DNA of 64,000 nucleotides from a bacterium. GTDB lineage: Bacteria > Vulcanimicrobiota > Xenobia > Xenobiales > Xenobiaceae. The DNA lies in NCBI GenBank assembly GCA_030535355.1, contig JAUNIO010000001.1, positions 3,983 to 67,982 on the forward strand, written 5' to 3'. Below the pieces are notes generated by a model. It searched no databases. It was not told the origin of the DNA and saw nothing but the letters and a program-made list of their open reading frames with translations. Of this stretch, positions 9,374 to 17,815 are shown piece by piece. Within the stretch, counting starts at the first letter, position 1. Each line of letters starts with the position of its first letter. The position numbers and the translations under genes were made by a program.

Positions 9374-9826
9374 ATGCTTATAGCCATTCATTACGTCATT
9401 CCGGCTCTTCTTTTAACTGGATCGCTTTGGCTGGCCTACCAGGAATGGGGGTATTTTCGGCAATGCGCCCGCAAGCCATGGCTGCGTTTCCTTCGCCGCA
9501 TTCTAGGGGCCGTCATGCTGTTAGCCATTGGCTGTATGATGAACAAAGGCGACACAACTCTAATTTTCATGGCCAAAGATCAGGTTGCCGAATTAGCCAA
9601 GCAAAACCCGGAATACGCCAACTACTGCCTTAACTACTGGTTAACAGTAATGGCCTTAGTTTTAGGAACTTTAGCCATGGCTGTCTGGGATATAATTGCC
9701 AGTTTTATCAGCATCCGCGCTATGCTCTGCGAAACAGCGCGCGAAGACCTAAAGGCTTTTACAGAAGCGTTAGAGAAAAGCCAAAAACGCAATAAACAGT
9801 CTAAGCAAAAGGAAGAAAATAAATGA
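9374..9826 (+). CDS. Small integral membrane protein (3-4 predicted TM helices), unknown function; translationally coupled to shc
   Basis: ORF-track 9353..9826 begins at a TTG. The in-frame ATG at 9374 has GGAG 6 nt upstream. The protein is hydrophobic (LMLIAIHYVIPALLLTGSLWLAY...). The stop overlaps the shc start (ATGA at 9823-9826). Confidence 0.6.
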   Translation: MLIAIHYVIPALLLTGSLWLAYQEWGYFRQCARKPWLRFLRRILGAVMLLAIGCMMNKGDTTLIFMAKDQVAELAKQNPEYANYCLNYWLTVMALVLGTLAMAVWDIIASFISIRAMLCETAREDLKAFTEALEKSQKRNKQSKQKEENK

Positions 9827-11826
9827 GCGAAAGCAAGGCCATTTTTACTGCTGAACAGGTTCAGCAGCTAAACAAGACCATCGAGGCCAGCGTAAATTGG
9901 CTGCGCCATGAGCAGCACGAAGATGGACATTGGGTGGGCTTTCTTAAGACCAATTCCTCCATTGAAGCCGAATGGATATTTGCTATGTACTTTTTGGGCA
10001 TAGAAAACGATCCCAAATACGACGGCGTAGTCAAAACGCTGATCCACGAACAGCGCGAAGACGGCTCTTGGGAAGCTTACAAAAATGCTCCCACCGGCAA
10101 CATAAGCACCACCGTTGAAGCTTATACAGCACTGCGCATTGCGGGGCAGAATCCCAATTCCAAACGCATGACTCAAGCTAGAGAATGGATATTAGCCCAC
10201 GGCGGTCTTTCTAAAGTCCGCGTCTTCACAAAAATCTGGCTGGCGCTTTTGGGCGAATGGCCCTGGGATGCGACCCCCAACATACCCCCCGAAATTATTT
10301 TACTGCCCAAATGGTTCCCCATCAACATTTGGAAATTCGCCAGCTGGGGACGCGCCACAGCCATTGCTATTGCTCTCTTTTCCTGCAAACGCCCGGTCAA
10401 ACAGTTACCCCCAGATAAACGGCTTGATGAACTATTCCCAGAAGGACGCGACAAAGAAAACTACGCCCTGCCCTGTCCCAAAAGTGCATGGGGACGCTTC
10501 TTCTGGATCGCCGACCGCGTTTTGCAAAAATACGTCAACTGTCCTGTCCAGCCTCTGCGCGACTTAGCTACAAAACTCTGCATCGAGTGGATAATCCGCC
10601 GCCAGGAATCTGATGGATGCTGGGCCGGGATTCAGCCGCCTTGGCTTAACGCCATTATCGGTCTATATTGCCAGGGTTACGCTCTGGATCATCCCGTCGT
10701 AAAAGCTGGCCTAGAAGCCTTCAACGAACCGTGGGCTTACACCAACGAAAACGGCACTTATCTGCAGTGCTGCACATCTCCGGTTTGGGATACCGTGCTC
10801 AGCCTGCAGGCTTTATGGGATTGCGATCTAAGCGCCCGCGACGCCATGGTGCAAAAAGCCATAGACTATACCTTGCGCGAGCAGATAAAAGTTATCGGCG
10901 ATTGGAGCATCAACGCCCCGGTAACGACACCTGGAGGCTGGGCTTTCGAATACCAAAACGATAATTATCCCGACATCGATGACTCTGCCGTAGCGGTCTT
11001 ATCGCTGGCGCGCCACCGCCACGAATCCGCCGATCCTCAAGCGATTGACGAAGCTGTGCAGCGGGGTATGAACTGGATCGAAGCTCTGCGCAGTGACAAC
11101 GGTGCCTGGGGAGCGTTTGACAGCAACAATGACGACGATATTGTCACGCAAATTCCCTTCAGCGACTTCGGAGAGCTGCTCGATCCTCCGTCCGCTGACG
11201 TCACCGCCCACGTCGTAGAAGCTTACGCCTATTTAGGGCGGGACCTCAGCAACAGCACTATCGTGCGCCGCGCCGTCGCTTATCTGCGCCGCGAACAGGA
11301 AGAAGAAGGCTGCTGGTTCGGGCGCTGGGGCGTCAATTACGTTTATGGCACCGGCTGGGTACTGCCAGCGCTTAAAGCCGCCGGCGAAGATATGCAGGCC
11401 GAATATGTGCAGCGCGCCGCTCAATGGCTGTGTTCCAAGCAGAACGAAGATGGCGGCTGGGGTGAGACCTGTGCCTCCTACATGAATCCCGCCCTGCGCG
11501 GGACTGGTGTCAGCACCCCCAGTCAGACTGGCTGGGCTCTAATGGGGCTTTTGGCTCTGGACGACCACAGCTACGACGCTGCTATCATTAAAGGACTAGA
11601 TTATTTGATGCGGACCCAAAAAGACGGCACCTGGGAACAGCCGGAATATACCGGCACGGGCTTCCCGGGCTACGGCATCGGCGAGCGCACCGATCTAGCC
11701 AATAAGAAAACCCTCGACCAAGGCCAGGAACTGGAGCGCGGCTTCATGCTCAATTATGCTATGTACCGCCACTATTTCCCCATGATGGCCTTAGGCCGGG
11801 CACGCAAATACTTTAACAAACAGTAA
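9823..11826 (+). CDS. shc: Squalene-hopene cyclase
   Basis: 667 aa. Multiple QW motifs (HEQHEDGHW, EQREDGSWEAY, RRQESDGCWAG, RSDNGAWGAF, REQEEEGCWFGRWGVNYVYGTG, SKQNEDGGWGE, RTQKDGTWE) and the catalytic DxDD motif (PDIDDSAVAV). Confidence 0.9.
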   Translation: MSESKAIFTAEQVQQLNKTIEASVNWLRHEQHEDGHWVGFLKTNSSIEAEWIFAMYFLGIENDPKYDGVVKTLIHEQREDGSWEAYKNAPTGNISTTVEAYTALRIAGQNPNSKRMTQAREWILAHGGLSKVRVFTKIWLALLGEWPWDATPNIPPEIILLPKWFPINIWKFASWGRATAIAIALFSCKRPVKQLPPDKRLDELFPEGRDKENYALPCPKSAWGRFFWIADRVLQKYVNCPVQPLRDLATKLCIEWIIRRQESDGCWAGIQPPWLNAIIGLYCQGYALDHPVVKAGLEAFNEPWAYTNENGTYLQCCTSPVWDTVLSLQALWDCDLSARDAMVQKAIDYTLREQIKVIGDWSINAPVTTPGGWAFEYQNDNYPDIDDSAVAVLSLARHRHESADPQAIDEAVQRGMNWIEALRSDNGAWGAFDSNNDDDIVTQIPFSDFGELLDPPSADVTAHVVEAYAYLGRDLSNSTIVRRAVAYLRREQEEEGCWFGRWGVNYVYGTGWVLPALKAAGEDMQAEYVQRAAQWLCSKQNEDGGWGETCASYMNPALRGTGVSTPSQTGWALMGLLALDDHSYDAAIIKGLDYLMRTQKDGTWEQPEYTGTGFPGYGIGERTDLANKKTLDQGQELERGFMLNYAMYRHYFPMMALGRARKYFNKQ

Positions 11827-11939
11827 CGCAGTTAAGTCCTGCAATTCCATTATTTCACGCTCGGCATAATTAGAAAACCTGCGGCCATTTGGCTCCGCTG
11901 CAATGGCTGCGGGTTTTTAATTAAGGGAGAAACAGCGTT

Positions 11940-12815
11940 ATGCGGCAATGGCTGGGATATTTAGCGTTTTCTTTAGCGGCACTCTTTTTATTCAGCGCTT
12001 CGGGACAAGCTCTGGAACAAGGAGATCGCGCCCCCAAATTAACCCTCGCTACAGCAGACGGCAAAGTCCTAAATTTGCCTGACAAACAGCTGCCCTCGCC
12101 GACCTTAGTGTGGTTTCCCTTGGCCTGGCGCACTCCAGCTCATCTCTGCGATAAGCTGATCAGCGTAGCCAAAGACAGCCAGGCCACACTAGTGATCATC
12201 CCTATTTACGATTATGCAGGCCTGCAGCGTTTAGCGCATCCGCTAAGCAGCGAGAGCGATTCCGTATCAGCTGACGGCGAACCGGCAAAAAAGTCAGAAT
12301 CTGACAGCCATACTGCTGATCTCCCTGGTCATGAGACAGTGCCTTCAGTGCTCCCCTCTCAAGGACTGCCCAAGCCCGAGGAACAGCCTACCGGCAATTT
12401 ACCGCCAGCCGGAGCTGCAGAACCTGCCGCATCCGGTCAGGAAACGGTGCTCCCTAGCTCTGCCAGCAGTGCCAGCTCCCCGGACAATTTGCCTGCCAGC
12501 GGCAGCCCAACTGAAAATAACGATGTCCCAGCTGTCCCAGAAAAGTTCAGCGCACTGCAGGCCCAGCAACTATTCCGGGAACGCGTAGAAACACTGGCTC
12601 AGCGTTACCCGGAAGCTATTTTTATATGCGATGCCGACAATCAGGCCCTGCTGGCCTACACAGATTCCTTTATAACCAATATTCTGCCCAACCCAGACCT
12701 TTTCATCATCGATGCTCAGGGCTTCATTAGCTGGCGGGCATTTTATCCTGGGTTAACCGTAGGAACGCTGACCAGGGCCATCATTACTGCCCGGCCCAAA
12801 CAGTCAAGTTTTTAG
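11940..12815 (+). CDS. Secreted redoxin/AhpC-TSA-family thioredoxin-fold protein with a ~130 aa Pro/Ser/Ala/Glu-rich low-complexity insertion
   Basis: Signal peptide MRQWLGYLAFSLAALFLFSASGQA. 'GDRAPKLTL...DGKVLNLPD....TLVWFPLAWRTPAHLC' matches the redoxin motif (GdkAPdFtL...vLvFyP.dfTpvC). A late 'LFIIDAQGFISWR' matches the beta-strand before the C-terminal helix. The middle is low-complexity. RBS AGGGAG precedes the start. Confidence 0.55.
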   Translation: MRQWLGYLAFSLAALFLFSASGQALEQGDRAPKLTLATADGKVLNLPDKQLPSPTLVWFPLAWRTPAHLCDKLISVAKDSQATLVIIPIYDYAGLQRLAHPLSSESDSVSADGEPAKKSESDSHTADLPGHETVPSVLPSQGLPKPEEQPTGNLPPAGAAEPAASGQETVLPSSASSASSPDNLPASGSPTENNDVPAVPEKFSALQAQQLFRERVETLAQRYPEAIFICDADNQALLAYTDSFITNILPNPDLFIIDAQGFISWRAFYPGLTVGTLTRAIITARPKQSSF

Positions 12816-12907
12816 AGAAGAGATGCTGGTTTAGCATTCCTTAGCTTATAGCCTGCGCTGCCGTCTAACGCGGCTTCAGCGAAGGTACGACAAGATAAGA
12901 TAAGTCC

Positions 12908-14323
12908 ATGAAATTACTGCTCTGCAAAAAAAAATATATTGCTTGCTTCTTCTTATTAGTTTTAGCCGTTAGCGGCGTAGGCTGTTCTTCGTGGCTGACT
13001 CAAAAGCGCTCCCCCTTCAGCGGGCTCCTTCCGCATGATACGCCTCTCATCGTCGAAGGTGCGCCTGACAGCGTTGTAAAATTCCTGCATCAGCTGGAGA
13101 TTCCCATTCCCGAACTCGGGGAAGGCCTTGATATAGGCCAGATTAACTGCGAACGCCTACTGTACGCGGCCGTACCCTTGGAGAATAACGGCGATTATGC
13201 CGGCTGCCGTCAAACGATCATGCAGACAGTAAACTCTCTTGAAGAGAAATGGACGGAACAGCAATGCTATCCAGTTCCCGATTCCATCAAATTGCCTCAG
13301 TGCCCTTATGGCGGCCAATTGACCTATAACAGCGACGGCCAGCAGTTTACCATAACCTGCCGCGGCAGCGAACACGCGGCTTTGTACAATTCCGTATCAG
13401 GTTTAAACGTTCAGAACTCCAGCAGTCAGCCTCTGATCTTTATTGCTTTCCAATCCGATGATCCCCAATGGCAAAATGCTGCCATCTCCAAAAAATATCC
13501 CCACATCAGAATACTCACTTCCGATCCCCAGCGCACAGTAGAGTATTTAGAGCAAAACGAAAATAATTTAGAGATCAGGTATCCCAAAGAGACCTCTCTG
13601 TATGCCAGTGTAATTAATGAGCACTTGGGAGATTTTTGGAACAGTTTACCTTTATTGCTTCCCGGTGAACGAACGATTATCACCAAAAATTCTCAAACGG
13701 GAATCTATAGCCTACGCTCTGCCTTGCCAGCTTCAGAGAGCAGCCCTTCAGGCAGCAGCCCAGAGAAAGGACTTCCCAGCGCGGAGCGCTGCTGGAAGCA
13801 GCTGCCTCAGGGAGAGATACGCCTGGCTGCCTCTTCTGAACTGCTGCGCCGGATAAACCTGCTGCCCTGGCCTATGCACAGCACAGAAAAAGCTCAGCCA
13901 CTTGTTTTCGGCATCGCCACAGATTCGGTTCCTCATCTAAACAAACTGCTGCCCTCCGTTAACTCCGCTTTCTCCGGACTGACAGAAGCGGGAATTGTCA
14001 TGGAATTCACCGATAAATCATCAGCAGAAAAGGGTCTGAAGAACAGTCCCTGGGGTGACTTAAGCGCGGACAGCAATCCCTACTGCTTTGGAGAGCAGAA
14101 GGACAGCACTCTCAGCATTACCATAGGCGAAAAAATGCCTGAAATAGGGACTAATGTCCCGCTGCTACCGCAAGGCCCCGGTCCAGTTCAGTTAGCCTGT
14201 CAGCTCACGCTCAGCAAAAACGCTCAGGAAAAACGGCGCTATTTAATCAGTGGTGGCTGGCATAACGGCCAGCTGTGGATGGAGATTTTGCCGCAAATCG
14301 AAACAGCTACGCAAAATCATTGA
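12908..14323 (+). CDS. Lipoprotein, unknown function
   Basis: 471 aa. Signal peptide with lipobox (LAVSGVGCSS). No recognisable domain. Confidence 0.55.
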   Translation: MKLLLCKKKYIACFFLLVLAVSGVGCSSWLTQKRSPFSGLLPHDTPLIVEGAPDSVVKFLHQLEIPIPELGEGLDIGQINCERLLYAAVPLENNGDYAGCRQTIMQTVNSLEEKWTEQQCYPVPDSIKLPQCPYGGQLTYNSDGQQFTITCRGSEHAALYNSVSGLNVQNSSSQPLIFIAFQSDDPQWQNAAISKKYPHIRILTSDPQRTVEYLEQNENNLEIRYPKETSLYASVINEHLGDFWNSLPLLLPGERTIITKNSQTGIYSLRSALPASESSPSGSSPEKGLPSAERCWKQLPQGEIRLAASSELLRRINLLPWPMHSTEKAQPLVFGIATDSVPHLNKLLPSVNSAFSGLTEAGIVMEFTDKSSAEKGLKNSPWGDLSADSNPYCFGEQKDSTLSITIGEKMPEIGTNVPLLPQGPGPVQLACQLTLSKNAQEKRRYLISGGWHNGQLWMEILPQIETATQNH

Positions 14324-15006
14324 CGGGACGGCAACTGGCATCCATCCAGCCTAGAGATATAATCAGTGGGGCCATTAGATTCTCTCCATTGCTGTGAAGA
14401 GAGACGATAATATATTGGCGGGGCCATATTGGCATTGGGGAAGACATCCAGACCTTCGTAAATCCATTGGCTCTGGCAGCGCTGAAAGCCCAGTTTTTCG
14501 TAAGTGCGCTGAGCCGCAATATTGTAATTGGCCGTGTCTAGCTCAACAAAATCGCAGCTCAGTTCCTCAAACAGAAACTTCAGCATCATTTGCAGCGAAC
14601 GCGCTCCGTAACCGCGGCGGCGCTCTTGGCTAAGACCGATCACAATGCCCACAATGGCTAAGCGCTGCCCTGACACGTTGCGGGTATTAAAAAAAATGCT
14701 GCCGATCAGTTTTTCATCTGTACAGATGGCCGCATAATTATTAAGCACCCGCTCTAAATTAGCGACATAGTTATCCACAACAGTCTGCACATAAGCTTCC
14801 CCAGCCTGCGGTTTGAGACCAAAAGTATAACGCGCCAATTCGGGATCGCGCAGCCAAACTACAAAATCATTAATTTCATCCTGCCGCAGAGCGCGCAGCG
14901 TCAAGTTCCCGTCAGCATATCCGGGAAATGGAGCATTCACATCATGCAAAGCTACGTTCTCCAATATTATTTTAACGAAACTATTCCAGCATTTCTTTAA
15001 AAGCAA
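14317..15006 (-). CDS. GNAT-family N-acetyltransferase (RimJ/RimL-like)
   Basis: 229 aa. Acetyl-CoA binding motif 'RRRGYGARSLQMM' (R/Q-x-x-G-x-G/A) and 'QRTYEKLGFQ'. Convergent with the lipoprotein gene and overlaps it by 7 nt. Confidence 0.75.
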   Translation of the reverse strand: MLLKKCWNSFVKIILENVALHDVNAPFPGYADGNLTLRALRQDEINDFVVWLRDPELARYTFGLKPQAGEAYVQTVVDNYVANLERVLNNYAAICTDEKLIGSIFFNTRNVSGQRLAIVGIVIGLSQERRRGYGARSLQMMLKFLFEELSCDFVELDTANYNIAAQRTYEKLGFQRCQSQWIYEGLDVFPNANMAPPIYYRLSSQQWRESNGPTDYISRLDGCQLPSRQ

Positions 15007-15070
15007 ATATCTCGCCTTCTTCGAACCTCTTTTTCAAGCCGTTAATTCGGCAAGCGGTCCATAATGTAAT

Positions 15071-15178
15071 ATCATTTAGTTTTTGATCAGCTAACTTGCG
15101 AACTATCTAACTTCCCCTAAAGGATGAGAGGGAGAGAGGCCGCGGCTGCGACAGATGGGGATGCCCAAGACTGTTGGG
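15071..15178 (+). repeat. Intergenic repeat family, copy E (core + extended module)
   Basis: atcatttagTTtttGATCAGCTAACttGCGAACTATCtaaCttCCCCTAAAGGATGagagGGAGAGAGGCCGCGGCTGCGACAGATGGGGATGCCCAAGACTGTTGGG. It is the closest match to copy C. It lies ~130 nt upstream of the trkH/ktrB-like gene. Confidence 0.75.
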
Positions 15179-15308
15179 AAATTCACCGTATGATCAGGCT
15201 ATCCTGGCACGGTATCCTCGAAGCGTTACACCGCAAAAAAGCTATTTAATTTAGCCAAATAAAGGTTAAGTTCATCACAATGTAAAATAGTATTAGGTTT
15301 ATTTTACC

Positions 15309-16673
15309 ATGATCAACCGTTACCATGATTGGGCGGCGGCCCTGTTGCGCTTAACGCCCACGCGCATTATGGTGCTTAGTTTTATTCTGCTGATTTTGCT
15401 TTGCACCGCCATACTAATGCATCCCGCCTGTTACACCAGCAATACCACCCCTAATTTTATCGACGTGGTATTTATGAGCACCAGCGCCGTGTGCATTACT
15501 GGACTGACGACGCTGGACGTGGCCACTGATTTCACGCGTTTAGGCCAATGCGTTATTTTATTTTTCATCCAAATTGGCGGGCTAGGCATGGTAACCTTTA
15601 CTTCCTCTCTCTTAGTCCTGTTTGGTGCCAAATTGGGATTAGGCCACAGGAAGATGCTCCAGGAATATCTGCCCGGCATAGAGATGTCCAGCATCCTCCG
15701 CGTCACCAAATACGTAGTGCTGGTATTTTTTGTCGTTGAGCTGTTAGGCGCACTGATCTTATCCTTGGTCTGGGTGCCCATTTACGGCTGGGGCGATGGC
15801 CTATTCCACGCTTTGTTCCACTCCGTAGCCTCGCTCTGCAATGCTGGAATTTCCACAATTCCCAACGGCTTAATAACGTATCGCTCTAACGTACTCATCA
15901 ATTTCACGGTGATGGCCATGGTGATAGTCGGCGGTTTAGGATATGTGGTCATCATTGAATTTGTCAAGTTTTTTGTCGGCAAAGACAGAGCTTCTATGCA
16001 CCACCGCCTGCACATCCGCATCGTGCTGATGACCAGCCTTATTCTCACCATAATCGGGGCTATAGGCATATTTTTATTCGAAAACAGCAACCCGGAACTC
16101 AATTCCAATTCTCTAGGGACTGCTATCATGGCCGCCCTTTTTCAGTCGGTCACCTGCCGTTCCTGCGGCTACAGCACTGTAGATATAAGCTCTTTTGAGC
16201 CCTATACAAAACAGTTTATGATGGGGTTAATGTTCATCGGCGGAGCTACAGGATCAACAGCCAGCGGCATCAAAGTCACTACATTCGCCCTTTTAATCAT
16301 GGCCACTTGGGCGCAGATCAAAGGCAAACGCGACATTGAAATCGAAGGGCGCCGTATTCCCTGGACCCGCGTGGCCCACGCGACTTCATTAACCATCATC
16401 GCTTTCTTTACGGTCATTGCTGTAATAGTTATCCTGAATTATTTAGAGCCCAATATCGATTATGCCGATTTGGTTTTCGATGCGGTTTCCGCTTTAGGAA
16501 CAGTCGGCCTATCGACCGGAGTGCCGTCCCGCTGCGGAGTATTAGCCAAACTGCTTTTTTGCGTGTGCATGTTTATTGGCAGGCTGGGGCCTTTTACCGT
16601 AGCCTTAAGTTTAATTTCCCAGCCCAATCCTCAGCACACTACTTACCCTGAAGGCAATATTCTCATAGGGTAG
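15309..16673 (+). CDS. TrkH/KtrB-family potassium uptake protein (membrane subunit)
   Basis: 454 aa polytopic membrane protein. It carries the four selectivity-filter-like glycine motifs typical of the family (GLTTLD, GGLG, CNAGIS, GLSTGV). No trkA/ktrA gene is adjacent. Confidence 0.8.
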   Translation: MINRYHDWAAALLRLTPTRIMVLSFILLILLCTAILMHPACYTSNTTPNFIDVVFMSTSAVCITGLTTLDVATDFTRLGQCVILFFIQIGGLGMVTFTSSLLVLFGAKLGLGHRKMLQEYLPGIEMSSILRVTKYVVLVFFVVELLGALILSLVWVPIYGWGDGLFHALFHSVASLCNAGISTIPNGLITYRSNVLINFTVMAMVIVGGLGYVVIIEFVKFFVGKDRASMHHRLHIRIVLMTSLILTIIGAIGIFLFENSNPELNSNSLGTAIMAALFQSVTCRSCGYSTVDISSFEPYTKQFMMGLMFIGGATGSTASGIKVTTFALLIMATWAQIKGKRDIEIEGRRIPWTRVAHATSLTIIAFFTVIAVIVILNYLEPNIDYADLVFDAVSALGTVGLSTGVPSRCGVLAKLLFCVCMFIGRLGPFTVALSLISQPNPQHTTYPEGNILIG

Positions 16674-16762
16674 CGAACCGAAAGCTAAACTCGATTTGAA
16701 ACCGTTCGCACATTGACGTACCGCTAATATAATACTTATAATTCCCTCTAAAGGTAATGCCG

Positions 16763-16810
16763 TTAAGTTAGCGATCAGCTAACCTGCAAACTATCTGACT
16801 CCCCATAAAG
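16763..16810 (+). repeat. Intergenic repeat family, copy F (core)
   Basis: gttaagTTAGCGATCAGCTAACctGCaAACTATCtgaCtCCCCaTAAAGG, ~150 nt upstream of the J-domain gene. Confidence 0.75.
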
Positions 16811-16956
16811 GTAATATCAGCACACCTTAACTAAATGACAGTTAAAATTAAACTAATAAAGATATTGTGCAGGTATTTAACCAAGCAACGCGAAGATTTC
16901 GGTTTGTTGACTATACAGATTTCCTAAATTTTGCTACAAAGGAGATGAGCTAATCA

Positions 16957-17583
16957 GTGGCTAAGCGCGATTATTACTTCGTATTGGGTGTGGCTCCCAT
17001 AGCTCCCCCTGAGGAGATAAAAAAGGCTTACCGGACGCTCTCAAAAAAATATCATCCGGACCTCAATCCTACTATGAAAGCCGCCTCAGACGAGAAAATG
17101 AAAGAGCTCGTCGAAGCTTACAATATCATAAGCGATACCACTAAACGCAGTAGTTACGATAAGCAGCCGTTCTTTCAGATCAAACGCTTTGCTAAAACTT
17201 CAGCGCGCAACAATATTGACAATGCTGCCTTTAGCAAAAAGCCAAAAGTTAAAGAACAGTCTTTCTTAGAAAAAATCATGTCGCTTTTTAAGAAAAATTC
17301 GGACAATGCTGGTACCGAGACAGCTCAAGACCCCAAACAGGCAGATGTGCATTTCACTTTGGGTCTTTCTATGGCTGAGAGCGAATCGTTTTTTGAACAG
17401 GCTCGCGGAGAATTCAAACTAGCCTTAAAATTTGATACCCGCCACAAAGAAGCCTGTTATAATCACGCTTTGATGTGCTATAAACTCGGAGATTTTGACG
17501 AAGCTCGCGACGGACTGCAGGCTTATCTTAAGATGGCGCCCAACGACGCCAACGCCAAAGCGTTCTTATCTCTGCTGGAATAA
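16957..17583 (+). CDS. J-domain (DnaJ N-terminal) co-chaperone with C-terminal TPR-like repeats
   Basis: 208 aa. GTG start, with AAGGAG ~12 nt upstream. '[33 protein letters not shown]' carries the HPD motif. The C-terminal ~80 aa resemble TPR helices ([34 protein letters not shown]). Confidence 0.8.
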   Translation: MAKRDYYFVLGVAPIAPPEEIKKAYRTLSKKYHPDLNPTMKAASDEKMKELVEAYNIISDTTKRSSYDKQPFFQIKRFAKTSARNNIDNAAFSKKPKVKEQSFLEKIMSLFKKNSDNAGTETAQDPKQADVHFTLGLSMAESESFFEQARGEFKLALKFDTRHKEACYNHALMCYKLGDFDEARDGLQAYLKMAPNDANAKAFLSLLE

Positions 17584-17644
17584 GTTTCCATTAGAAGCAT
17601 TTAGTAATTTTAGCAATTTAGTAATTGTAACTGCTAATAAAAAT

Positions 17645-17676
17645 CAGGCTGCCGATTTAGCAGCCTGTTTTTATTA
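17645..17676 (+). terminator. Rho-independent terminator of the J-domain gene
   Basis: CAGGCTGCcgatttaGCAGCCTG followed by TTTTTATT. Confidence 0.7.
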
Positions 17677-17734
17677 GCAGTTAAGCGTCAGACACACACC
17701 CGCACTGTTGGATGTTTTGATGGATAGCTAACCA

Positions 17735-17806
17735 CCAACTAAACGGCCCAAACTAAACGGCACCACATAAACGGCACCAGCTAAACGACGCTAACTAAAC
17801 GGCACT
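17735..17806. repeat. Imperfect short tandem repeat, 5 copies of (a)CTAAACGGCAC, period 13-16 bp
   Basis: aactaaacggccc / aactaaacggcac / ataaacggcac / ctaaacgacgc / actaaacggcac lie between the J-domain gene and the hutU stop. A single related copy (ggccaactaaacgacat) is at ~20652-20668, upstream of the rodA-like gene. Confidence 0.6.
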
Positions 17807-17815
17807 AAGATTGCT

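Noticed and set aside
15158-15196. Mini-ORF MGMPKTVGKFTV inside repeat copy E
   Set aside because: Nucleotide-level rather than codon-level conservation with copy C, and no RBS. Most likely part of a non-coding element.
6547-16810. Possibility that the repeat core is a CIRCE (HrcA) operator because it begins TTAGC and ends GCTAA and sits near chaperone-like genes
   Set aside because: CIRCE is TTAGCACTC-N9-GAGTGCTAA. Here the arms are only 5-7 bp with a 5-nt loop, and the 9-bp arms are absent. The resemblance is probably coincidental.
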